Shown here: positions 21,342-30,188 of the stretch, piece after piece
Numbering within the stretch: the first letter of the stretch is position 1
Layout of the letters: every line of letters starts with the position of its first letter
Program-made: the position numbers and the translations under genes
Notes under the pieces: generated by a model
Database searches by the model: none
The model's input: only the letters and a program-made list of their open reading frames with translations
Told to the model about the DNA's origin: nothing
Assembly: GCA_947306755.1 (NCBI GenBank)
Contig: CAMZHI010000001.1
Location: 20,089-84,088 of the forward strand
Reading direction: 5' to 3'
From: an uncultured Clostridia bacterium
Lineage (GTDB): Bacteria > Bacillota > Clostridia > TANB77 > CAG-508
DNA: 64,000 bases

Positions 21342-22583
21342 CTATTTTTCCTTTTTGTGAAAATTATTATACAATTCTCTTGCAGTTTCAGGACTATCTA
21401 CTCCAGTTGCATTTTTTACAGGAGCAAATTCTTCTTCTCTTTTAACTCTTAAAATAGCCATATCATCTACTTCTCCAAAAGCATCAAATAAAAATGCTTC
21501 AAATTTAAATGCATTTGGACTTGTTGGAACTACTTTATTTCCGTCTTTATCAATATATGTAGCTTTTTTAAATGCTGAGTGATATGGTAAAGGTTCGCTT
21601 CCCATTCTCTCTATTGCAGAAATATTAAACAAATTACATAAAATGTGAGATTCTCCATATAAAAGTTCTCCATTTTCATCTGTTGCTTCTGCCATCTCAT
21701 CTGTAATTTCTGAATATTCAACAACACTTGGTTTTCCATTTTTCTTGCAAAAAGCTCCAACCTTCTCATGTGGATTTGCTTTAACTACTGATTTACCTGC
21801 AGCAGTTACACCTTTATCTATTGCAATTCCCATAAGTACTGGGTCAACCATTTTTACTAAGCAGTTATCTACTCCTCCAATAAATACCCATTCAACTCCA
21901 AGCTGTTTCATTTTTTCTACCATTCCGCTTTTAACAAGTGATTCATACACTCCACCATGACCATCAGCTGCTTCTTTAATTAAGTAATCTTCTCCAATTA
22001 ATATTTTTCCTTCTGTATCTATCATTGGAAGTTGACCTTGTATGAAAAAGAATATATTTTTTTCATATCCAAAATACTTATTTTCTTTAAAAAACTTTAC
22101 TGTTGCTTCATTATTTTCTTTACTAGTCATAATAAACCATGGTATTTGTACATTATATTTTTCATTCTGTTCTTTTATATAATCAAATAAAAGTTCAAAT
22201 AGTGATTTATGTGAATCTAAACCTATATCATATGTACCTTTAGGTCCATTATGTCCAAGTCTTGTTCCTTGTCCTCCTGCCATAGTAACTACAGCTAATT
22301 TTCCTGCTCTAATTGCTTTTTCTCCAATTTGTTCATAATATTTGTAATCTTCGTTTAATTTATATTTGTCCATAAAATCTATTGGTTCAATCTCTGCATC
22401 TTCATTTTTGATTCCATCTTTAGTTTTATTATACAAACTTTTAATAAGTTCAAAATCAATATTTTCAATTTGTTCTAATAATTTATTTTGTTTGCTTTCT
22501 TCCATATTATCATAAAAATTCAAAAGATGTTCTTGATTATATTTTTTTAATTTATGCTTTATTTCCTCAATATTGTATTCCAT
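21342..22583 (-). CDS. UDP-sugar pyrophosphorylase of the UDPGP (UAP1/eukaryotic-type UDP-GlcNAc pyrophosphorylase) family
   Basis: VVTMAGGQGTRLGHNGPKGTYDIGL is the nucleotide-binding signature of the UDPGP family. Confidence 0.7.
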   Translation of the reverse strand: MEYNIEEIKHKLKKYNQEHLLNFYDNMEESKQNKLLEQIENIDFELIKSLYNKTKDGIKNEDAEIEPIDFMDKYKLNEDYKYYEQIGEKAIRAGKLAVVTMAGGQGTRLGHNGPKGTYDIGLDSHKSLFELLFDYIKEQNEKYNVQIPWFIMTSKENNEATVKFFKENKYFGYEKNIFFFIQGQLPMIDTEGKILIGEDYLIKEAADGHGGVYESLVKSGMVEKMKQLGVEWVFIGGVDNCLVKMVDPVLMGIAIDKGVTAAGKSVVKANPHEKVGAFCKKNGKPSVVEYSEITDEMAEATDENGELLYGESHILCNLFNISAIERMGSEPLPYHSAFKKATYIDKDGNKVVPTSPNAFKFEAFLFDAFGEVDDMAILRVKREEEFAPVKNATGVDSPETARELYNNFHKKEK

Positions 22584-22722
22584 TAAAAATCCTCCTTAAA
22601 TAATATTAAAAAAATTTCTTAACATCTTTATACACTATTTTTATTTTTTTGGCAAGCCCCCTTGTAAAAATAAATATAAATTGCTGATAATCACATTAAT
22701 TTATACTTGTTTACAGAAATAC

Positions 22723-22806
22723 GAGGTAGTATGTAGGATGTCGAGGGTCGAAACTTTGGCATCTGGACTCTGACTTCTTACTTCAGACCTCTTACTTTCT
22801 ACATCA
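22723..22806. repeat. Family A dispersed imperfect palindrome (GAGGTAGTATGTAGGATGTCGAGGGTCG ... GACTTCTTACTTCAGACCTCTTACTTTCTACATC)
   Basis: Purine arm then pyrimidine arm, lying between convergent or tandem genes. Confidence 0.55.
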
Positions 22807-22807
22807 G

Positions 22808-23266
22808 TCATATGCTCTCGGTGTTTAATATACCTTTATATTTATTTCTTATTTCGTATGATTGAATTCTACATTCATTTACATCATAACAATCAACAAT
22901 GTTTTTCACATTTATTTTTAACTTTTCTATTTTATCATTTATTCTATCTCTATATTCTTTATCTCCATTAATAATTATTGTAAATTCATTTATATCTTCA
23001 TCATCTATTTTATCTATTTTTTTATTACTCCAACTTTCTATTTTTAATATATTCTTTTTATTTTCATTGCTTAAATTAATTTTTGTTAATAAAATATTTA
23101 ATGTTTCCAATAAATTATTCTGTGTAAAAATTAAAACTTTAGAATTTTTTAATCTATTTTTAATAAACGGAAGTAATATCATCTCTAAATGGAAATTGCT
23201 CACATATAAGCAACAATATTTATTTATTTTTTGCTCTTTTGTGATCATTATATCCTCTCCTTTCAT
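22808..23266 (-). CDS. Hypothetical protein (152 aa)
   Basis: ORF with an RBS. No motif recognised. Confidence 0.45.
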   Translation of the reverse strand: MKGEDIMITKEQKINKYCCLYVSNFHLEMILLPFIKNRLKNSKVLIFTQNNLLETLNILLTKINLSNENKKNILKIESWSNKKIDKIDDEDINEFTIIINGDKEYRDRINDKIEKLKINVKNIVDCYDVNECRIQSYEIRNKYKGILNTESI

Positions 23267-23387
23267 ATGGAAAATTTTACCATTATTTCAAAAATATGTC
23301 AATAATATTTCAATCATATTTCATCGACTTTTTTCGACTTTGAGACTTTAAGTATAAATTTAGATTTTTTGTAAATAATTTACTTTA

Positions 23388-23469
23388 GTAGGGATTTGAG
23401 GTGGGATGTGTGACGTGGGATAGGTAACTTTTAAATCTTAACTCTCACTTCACACCTCTCACTTCTCAT
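23388..23469. repeat. Family A dispersed imperfect palindrome (GTAGGGATTTGAGGTGGGATGTGTGACGTGGGATAGG ... CTCTCACTTCACACCTCTCACTTCTCA)
   Basis: Same architecture as the other copies. Lies just upstream of spoIIR. Confidence 0.55.
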
Positions 23470-23490
23470 TCAAGAAAGGTAATTATTTTT

Positions 23491-24129
23491 ATGAAAAAAA
23501 GAATTTTATTATTAATTATTCTATTAACTTTATATGTTTTTGTTAGTTTTTATTGTTATTCTATTAAAAGTTTAAATAATATTGAAGATAAAGTATTTAG
23601 ATTACACATAATTGCAAATAGTGATTCAGAAGAAGATCAAAATCTAAAATATAAAGTTAAAGACAATATTATTTCCTATATGAATAACCTATGTAAGGAC
23701 GCATCCTCAAAAGAAGAGGCTATTAAGTTGGCTCAAAAACATATCGATGACTTTAAAAATATTGCAGATTTTACAATTTTAGAAAATGATTTTAATTATA
23801 CATCAAATGTTGAAATTGGAAACTACAAATTTCCCACAAAATACTATGGAAATATAGCTCTTCCAAGTGGATATTATGATGCATTAAAAATAAAGTTAGG
23901 TTCAAATTCTGGTCAAAACTGGTGGTGCGTACTTTACCCTAGTTTATGCTTTGTTGACATTTCTTCTGGCACAGTACCTGAATCTTCAAAAGAAAAGCTA
24001 AAAGGCACACTATCTAATGAAGAATATGCACTTATTTCAGAAGACACTCCAACATATAATTTTAAATTTAAATTAGTTGAATTGTTTAGTAATAAATTTA
24101 ATTTGGGGCAAATAAATAACTATAATTAA
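23491..24129 (+). CDS. spoIIR: Stage II sporulation protein R (SpoIIR)
   Basis: Signal peptide, then RLHIIANSDSEEDQNLKYKVKDNIISYM...WWCVLYPSLCF, which matches the SpoIIR family signature. Confidence 0.85.
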   Translation: MKKRILLLIILLTLYVFVSFYCYSIKSLNNIEDKVFRLHIIANSDSEEDQNLKYKVKDNIISYMNNLCKDASSKEEAIKLAQKHIDDFKNIADFTILENDFNYTSNVEIGNYKFPTKYYGNIALPSGYYDALKIKLGSNSGQNWWCVLYPSLCFVDISSGTVPESSKEKLKGTLSNEEYALISEDTPTYNFKFKLVELFSNKFNLGQINNYN

Positions 24130-24168
24130 TATAATGCTTATATTAATTATGTTAAACTTTTACATTTT

Positions 24169-24216
24169 GAGGTGTGATGTGTGAGGTGAGATTTCTCACT
24201 TCTCACTTCTCCCCTC
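24169..24216. repeat. Family A dispersed imperfect palindrome (GAGGTGTGATGTGTGAGGTGAGA TTT CTCACTTCTCACTTCTCCCCTC)
   Basis: Compact copy with a 3-nt loop. Lies directly after spoIIR. Confidence 0.55.
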
Positions 24217-24306
24217 GAATTCTATTAATTTAAAAAAACAGTTGTAAATTTACTAACTTTATGTTATATTACTAAATGAAATATAAAATTCATTGGGGGT
24301 ATACAA

Positions 24307-25567
24307 TTGGAAAAATTAGTTATAGCAGGTGGAACTCCTTTAAAAGGAGAGGTACAAATAAGTGGAGCAAAAAATGCAGCAGTTGCTATTTTACCAGCAA
24401 CTTTATTAATAAATGGTATTTGCACAATAAATAATTTGCCAAATATAAGTGATGTTAAAATTTATTGTGAAATTCTAGAAACTCTCGGCGCAAAAATAAT
24501 TTGGAATTCAAAAAATGAAATTACAATAGACACTTCAAATATTACTACCACAGAAGCTTCCATAGAGCTAACCAGTAAATTTAGAGCTTCTTATTATCTT
24601 TTAGGAAGCCTTTTAAGTAGAATGGGCTCTGCAACAGTTGGTATGCCAGGGGGGTGCAAATTAGGTGCAAGACCCATAGATCAACATATTAAAGGTTTTG
24701 AAGCATTAGGAGCAAATGTTGAAACTACAGGTGGAAAAATTGTTGCAAAAGCAAAAAAATTGACTGGTACATCAATATATATGGATATAACATCAGTTGG
24801 TGCAACAATAAATGTAATGTTAGCAAGTGTACTTGCAGATGGTGTAACTATTATTGATAACGCTGCAAAGGAGCCTCATATTGTTGATGTTGCAAACTTT
24901 TTAAATACAATGGGAGCTGACATCAGAGGTGCAGGAACAGATACTATTAAAATAACTGGTGTAAAAGAATTAAAAGGTGGTACTTCTTATTCAGTAGTTC
25001 CAGATCAAATAGAAGCTGGTACTTTTATGATAGCCGCAGTTGCATCAAAAGGTAATGTTACTTTAAAAAATTGCATAACAAAACATTTAGAACCAATAAC
25101 CGCGAAAATGCTTGAAGTAGGTGCAACAGTTGAAGATTACGGTGATTCTATTAAAGTATATATGAATAAAAGACCGACAAAAGCTAACATTAAAACTCTT
25201 CCCTATCCAGGTTTTCCTACTGATATGCAATCTCAAATGGGGGTATTATTATCCATTGCAGAACGGAAATAGTACAATAAATGAGAGTATTTGGGATTCT
25301 CGTTTCCAATATACTGAAGAATTAAACAAAATGGGGGCAAAAATAAATGCTCAGGGTAAAACTGCCTTTTTTGAAGGTGTTAAAGAACTAAAGGGTGCTC
25401 CAGTGTTTGTTTCAGATTTGCGTGCTGGTGCTGCTTTAATTATTGCAGGTATTATTGCAAAAGGAACCACTGAAATATACAATTTAGAATATATTGATAG
25501 AGGATATGAAAATATTGAACAAAAATTTAGGAATTTGGGAGCAAAAATAGAACGAATTGAAGAATAA
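24307..25567 (+). CDS. murA: UDP-N-acetylglucosamine 1-carboxyvinyltransferase MurA, interrupted by a +1 frameshift at 25264 (ORFs 24307-25272 and 25256-25567)
   Basis: Full MurA homology across both ORFs (GAKNAAVAILPA..., FPTDMQ..., C-terminus ...DRGYENIEQKFRNLGAKIERIEE). The junction reads GCAGAA-C-GGAAATAGT; without the C it would read IAEGNSTINESIW. Confidence 0.85.
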
Positions 25568-25582
25568 TAAGAGGATATACAT

Positions 25583-26374
25583 ATGTTGAATTTTACAAGT
25601 TTATATAGTGGCAGTAGCGGAAACTGCTTATTTGTTGAAACACAAAACACTAAAATTTTAATTGATGCAGGTGTAAGCTTAAGAAAAATAGAAAAAGGTT
25701 TAGAAAGTATTAATGTCGAACCTTCAGATTTAAATGCAGTTATTATAACACACGAACATACTGACCATATACAAAGTTTAGGTAATTTATCAAAAAAATT
25801 TGATTTACCTGTGTTTGCAACATCTAGTACATTTGATGCAATGCCAAAGCAAACAGAAAAAATTTCCGATACAAATAAAAAAAGTATTAATATAAATGAA
25901 AAATTTTCTGTTGGTGATATTGAGATTTTACCATTTCAAATTCCTCATGATGCTGCAGATCCTTGCGGATTCACATTTTTTTCAAACAATACAAAAATAA
26001 GCATAGCAACAGATATTGGTCATATGACAAATAATATTATAAAGAAAATCGACGGAAGTGAATTTATCCTTTTGGAATCAAACTATGATTGTGATGTTTT
26101 AAAATATACAAAATATCCCTTTAAACTAAAAGAAAGAATTGCAGGTCCTACAGGACATTTATCTAATAAAATTGCTGGACAAACAATCAATTATTTAATT
26201 AATTCGGGGTTAAAAAAAGCTGTATTGGGGCATTTAAGCAAAGAAAGTAATTTCCCTGAACTTGCATATCAAACAGTTATGGATGAAATTATTTCAAGTG
26301 GTACAAACATTGATGGATTCAATTTATCTGTTGCAAAACGTGATTGTCCAGGTGAGATAATAAAAATTAGCTAA
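25583..26374 (+). CDS. MBL-fold metallo-hydrolase (YycJ/WalJ-like)
   Basis: HxHxDH motif ITHEHTDH and the beta-lactamase-fold order of conserved Asp/His residues. Confidence 0.75.
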   Translation: MLNFTSLYSGSSGNCLFVETQNTKILIDAGVSLRKIEKGLESINVEPSDLNAVIITHEHTDHIQSLGNLSKKFDLPVFATSSTFDAMPKQTEKISDTNKKSININEKFSVGDIEILPFQIPHDAADPCGFTFFSNNTKISIATDIGHMTNNIIKKIDGSEFILLESNYDCDVLKYTKYPFKLKERIAGPTGHLSNKIAGQTINYLINSGLKKAVLGHLSKESNFPELAYQTVMDEIISSGTNIDGFNLSVAKRDCPGEIIKIS

Positions 26375-26390
26375 ATATAATAAATTAAAA

Positions 26391-26444
26391 GGTCGTAGGT
26401 CGGAAGTATGATATAAGAAAGCCTACCTCTGACCTCATACATCC
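26391..26444. repeat. Family A dispersed imperfect palindrome (GGTCGTAGGTCGGAAGTATGA ... CCTACCTCTGACCTCATACATCC)
   Basis: Lies directly after the MBL gene stop. Confidence 0.5.
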
Positions 26445-27040
26445 TAAAATTACTTAATACATAAATTACTATATATACAATTGTAGAGAAAATAATATAT
26501 TATTATAAAATGGAGATGTAAATTTGCTCAATTTGGTGGGGATATAAATTTATATTTTCATTTTTTTGTTTAAGGGGCTTTATTTTCTCTACAAGATTAA
26601 AGTCTTTTATTTTGAATTCTATTATTTTGACTCTTTAATTATTTTTTTTGATAAAAATTTTATAATTAAGTATTTAATAAAAATAAAAATTAATAATAAT
26701 ATAAAAACAAATATTAAAATTTTAAGAATCATAAAACATCCTTTGATATAATTTTAAATAGATTTTTAATTTACTCCTTTGATTGTATTAATTCATTGGT
26801 TAATAAATATATTAATGAATTGATGGGTTTGACCCTTGTAGCAGTCAATTATTATTTTCTCTTAGTAATCGTGTTTAATAAACTTTAATTATGTACACAA
26901 TTAGTACAACTCAGAAAACGGAAAAAATGAGTTAATATATTTATTATCCTAGGATTATTCACAATTAATTTTATCATCAACTTTCAAAAAACATATTAAC
27001 TCATTTTACATAATTTGTCAAGAAAAATCGTACGACATAT

Positions 27041-27047
27041 TTCGACA
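27041..27047 (-). promoter_or_regulatory. Candidate Spo0A box (TGTCGAA on the minus strand) about 140 bp upstream of abrB
   Basis: Exact match to the 0A-box consensus TGNCGAA. abrB is a classic Spo0A target in Bacillus and Clostridium. Confidence 0.3.
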
Positions 27048-27105
27048 AAATTTGAGTATAATAATCTTTTTGTTTGTTTTTTATGGAAATTTTTTACAAA
27101 TAGTA

Positions 27106-27134
27106 TTGACTTAATTGTAAAAATATGGTAGTAT
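27106..27134 (+). promoter_or_regulatory. Putative sigma-A promoter for abrB
   Basis: TTGACT (27106-27111), 17-bp spacer, TAGTAT (27129-27134). The RBS AAGAGGAGG sits at about 27170. Confidence 0.35.
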
Positions 27135-27183
27135 TATTTCAAATAATTCTAAAAATATCTTTAATAAAAAGAGGAGGATTTAT

Positions 27184-27439
27184 TATGAAATCAACTGGTA
27201 TTGTAAGAAATCTTGATGAATTAGGTCGAATTGTTATTCCTAAAGAAATTAGAAAAAAATTAGGGATCGACCAAAAAGATCCAATAGAAGTATATATTGA
27301 TGGTAATTCTATTGTATTGAAAAAATATGAAAAAGGTTGTATATTTTGCAATAATTCTAAAGATTTACAAGTATATAAAGACAAGCTTATTTGCAAAAAG
27401 TGTTTAAATAATATTTCAGATTTGAAAAATGAAATGTAA
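27184..27439 (+). CDS. abrB: AbrB/SpoVT-family transition-state regulator with a C-terminal Cys4 zinc-ribbon-like tail
   Basis: MKSTGIVRNLDELGRIVIPKEIRKKLGI is the canonical AbrB swapped-hairpin N-domain. The C-terminus is CIFCNNSKDLQVYKDKLICKKC (CxxC...CxxC). The start at 27184 is preferred over the track's 27125 because of the RBS. Confidence 0.8.
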
Positions 27440-27489
27440 TAATAAAATATATCAAAATTTTTTACTTTAAATAATAATTGTTAAAAGTT

Positions 27490-27600
27490 GTATGTAGGAG
27501 GTAGGATTTTTTTCCAACCTCCTACTTTATAATTCTAACTCTTCTATCTTCCGAACTCCTACCTTTACTTTCTAACCTCTGACCTCACACCTCTACTTAC
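27490..27600. repeat. Family A dispersed imperfect palindrome, long copy (GTATGTAGGAGGTAGGA ... CCAACCTCCTAC ... CTCCTACCTTTACTTTCTAACCTCTGACCTCACACCTCTACTTAC)
   Basis: The pyrimidine arm extends to and overlaps the rsmI stop codon. Confidence 0.55.
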
Positions 27601-28416
27601 ACAAACTTCTTATAAACCTCATTTTTGCTTACTCCCCTATCTTTGGCAATCTTTTTTATTATTTCTTTTTTTTCAAGTCCTTGATTTTCATAAAATTTAT
27701 AGTGTTCTTTTAAGTCTAAATTATTTAAAAAGTTTTCTTTTTTTTCTTTTTGTACTCCTTCAATTAGAATAATCATTTCACCTTTTAAATTTTCACTTTT
27801 ATTTATAATTTCAGAAATATCTCCTCTAATATATTCCTCATGAATTTTAGTTAATTCTCTTGCTAAAACAATACGCCTGTTTTCAACAATATTAGATAAA
27901 TCTTTTAGTGTTTCTTTTAATTTATGAGGAGCTTCATAAATTATTGCAGTTTTAGATTCAGCTTCTATTTCCTCAAGTTTTTCTTTTCTTAACTTCTTAT
28001 TTAAAGGCAAAAATCCAAAAAACGTAAACTCTTTTGTATCTAATCCAGAAGCAATTAAGCCTGAAATTGCAGCACAAGCTCCAGGAATAGGTATTACTTC
28101 TATTCCCTCTTTAATAGCTTTTTTAGCAATAACTTCTCCTGGATCAGAAATACCGCGGTGTCCCCGCATCAGAAACAACTGCTATATTTTGACCTTCTTT
28201 TAATTTTGCAATTAATATATCCTCTCTAGTTTCTTCATTATGTCTATGATTACTTATTAAAGGCTTTTTTATATCAAAATGATTTAATAATTTTAAAGTT
28301 GTTCTAGTATCTTCTGCTGCAATTAAATCAACTTCTTTTAACACTCTTAATGCTCTTAATGTGATATCTTCTAAATTTCCTATTGGTGTAGCAACCAAAT
28401 ATAACTTTCCGTTCAT
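27597..28416 (-). CDS. rsmI: 16S rRNA (cytidine1402-2'-O)-methyltransferase RsmI, interrupted by a +1 frameshift at about 28160 (ORFs 28144-28416 and 27597-28178)
   Basis: N-terminus [19 protein letters not shown]...VSDAGTP, then GISDPGEV...IPGACAA in the other frame. On the coding strand the junction is CCG-C-GGTATT. Confidence 0.8.
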
Positions 28417-28440
28417 TTTTTTCCTTTCATTGTTTATTTA

Positions 28441-28464
28441 TATTATTATTGCGGGCAATTAAAA
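28441..28464. repeat. Family B GC-rich hairpin repeat, copy 4 (GCGGGCAATTAAAATCGCCCCTAC, one mismatch in the stem)
   Basis: Lies between the methyltransferase gene stop and the rsmI start. Confidence 0.55.
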
Positions 28465-28478
28465 TCGCCCCTACACAT

Positions 28479-29219
28479 CTATTTATTATATATTCTCAAA
28501 ATATCCTCTGTATAATTTCCATTCTCATCATACACATACAAATTATCTTCAAATTTTAAGAATGGTTTTCCACATTTTACTCCTTTTATGAGTATAAGGT
28601 TAGTATTTTTTTGTTTATTTGGATAAACAAATCTAATTTTTTTTGGTTCTATATTATTTTTTCTCATAAAATACAAAATATCAACCAGCCTATCTGGTCT
28701 ATGAACCATATAAAAGTCTCCAAAATCTTTTAATAAATAACCCGCTGTTTTAATAAAATCTTCTAGAGAGGCGGTAATTTCATGTCTTGAAATTAATTTT
28801 CGACTATTTTCATTAACTAATCCTGTATTTAGTTTTTTATAAGGCGGATTTGTTGTAACAGCATCAAAACTTCCTTTTTCGTATTTAGCTTTTAAATTTA
28901 AAATGTTGTCCTTTTCTATTTTTATTCTATTTTCAAGGTGGTTTAATTCTACGCTTCTGTTAGCCATTTCTGCAACATCTTCTTGGATTTCTACTCCTAT
29001 AAAATTTGTATTTTGGGTTTTAGCAGATAACAAAATTGGAATTATTCCTGTTCCGCTTCCTAAATCAATTATTTTTGAATTAGACTTTATTTCTTTTGCA
29101 AAGTCTGTTAATAAAACACTATCTATTCCAAAACAAAAACCTTCTTTATTTTGTATAATTTTTAAACCTTTATATTCTAAATCATCAATTCTTTCATTCT
29201 CTTTTAATTCAAATTTCAT
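28479..29219 (-). CDS. N6-adenine-specific methyltransferase (tRNA1(Val) m6A37 methyltransferase / YabB-TrmN6-like)
   Basis: SAM-binding IIDLGSGTGIIP and catalytic NPPY motif (VTTNPPYKK). Confidence 0.7.
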   Translation of the reverse strand: MKFELKENERIDDLEYKGLKIIQNKEGFCFGIDSVLLTDFAKEIKSNSKIIDLGSGTGIIPILLSAKTQNTNFIGVEIQEDVAEMANRSVELNHLENRIKIEKDNILNLKAKYEKGSFDAVTTNPPYKKLNTGLVNENSRKLISRHEITASLEDFIKTAGYLLKDFGDFYMVHRPDRLVDILYFMRKNNIEPKKIRFVYPNKQKNTNLILIKGVKCGKPFLKFEDNLYVYDENGNYTEDILRIYNK

Positions 29220-29245
29220 TTAAATTCTCCAAACTCAGATTAAAT

Positions 29246-29273
29246 CTCGATTCTACCTCCGACCTCATACCTC
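29246..29273. repeat. Family A repeat, pyrimidine-arm half-copy (CTCGATTCTACCTCCGACCTCATACCTC)
   Basis: Only the CT-rich arm is recognisable. Confidence 0.3.
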
Positions 29274-29331
29274 TATAATTCACTTATTATACAATTCCCT
29301 CATATTATACAATAAAAAAGGAGTTTTTTCA

Positions 29332-29517
29332 ATGAATAACATAATATTTAGTAACCAACCTACAGCACTTCCTCAATCTAATAACAACAAAAATAAAAAA
29401 ATGAATATAAAAGAATTGAAAAATAATACATTAAATTCGCTTAATGAAGTTGAAAATTTTTTAAATGATTTTCATAGGTTTAAAAAATATATTAAACTTT
29501 ATAAAATTTTAAAATAA
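29332..29517 (+). CDS. Small hypothetical protein (61 aa)
   Basis: Good RBS AAGGAG 8 nt upstream. Hydrophilic N/K-rich sequence with no homology recognised. Confidence 0.35.
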   Translation: MNNIIFSNQPTALPQSNNNKNKKMNIKELKNNTLNSLNEVENFLNDFHRFKKYIKLYKILK

Positions 29518-29591
29518 AGTTCTAAAAAAGACAAAGGAATAATACATTTTATTAGCTATAGCAATCATTTACGAAAGGAATATAATAATTT

Positions 29592-30119
29592 ATGAAAAAT
29601 AAAAAATTTCTATTTTTGCTTATTTTTGTACTTGCAATAATTGTAGTACTTTTATTTTACATAGTAAAAAACTTTAATTCAACTGACAAAAGCATTACAC
29701 AAGAAATTACTCCTGAGGAAGAAATAAGTGAAAATCAATTAAGAGAGACAATAGTTACTCTTTATTTTTTAGATAAAAGTTCAAACACACTTAAATCAGA
29801 AGGAAAGTTGATAGATTCTGCTTCCCTAATTCAAAATCCATATAAAGAATTAGTAAATTTATTGATTCAAGGTCCCAAATCTCAGAGTCTAACAAATGTA
29901 TTTCCTGAAAGCACACAAATTTTAGATGCATATATAGAAGACAACTGTGTAACGTTGGATTTTTCGGAAGAATTATTAAATTTTGAAAATGATGATCAAA
30001 AATATAATATTGTAAATAGTGTACTTAATACTTTAGCTCAATTAAATGAAGTGGACTCCATTAAATTCCTTATTAATAATAAAAAAAGTGAAGTTTTTTC
30101 TGACACATTTACCCATTGA
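29592..30119 (+). CDS. GerMN-domain membrane/lipoprotein (sporulation-germination GerM-like)
   Basis: N-terminal TM, then IVTLYFLDKSSNTLKSEG...LVNLLIQGPKS...NTLAQLNEVDSIKFLINNK, typical of the GerMN domain. Confidence 0.6.
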   Translation: MKNKKFLFLLIFVLAIIVVLLFYIVKNFNSTDKSITQEITPEEEISENQLRETIVTLYFLDKSSNTLKSEGKLIDSASLIQNPYKELVNLLIQGPKSQSLTNVFPESTQILDAYIEDNCVTLDFSEELLNFENDDQKYNIVNSVLNTLAQLNEVDSIKFLINNKKSEVFSDTFTH

Positions 30120-30188
30120 CAAACACTTAATAATATTGTAATATAGATATGATATATTGTTTTAAATAATAATTTATAGAGGTAAAAA

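Noticed and set aside
26566-26751. 61-aa ORF in the 800-bp AT-rich region upstream of abrB
   Set aside because: Extremely low-complexity I/K/F-rich translation of AT-rich intergenic DNA. The region is more plausibly regulatory, with a Spo0A box and promoter.
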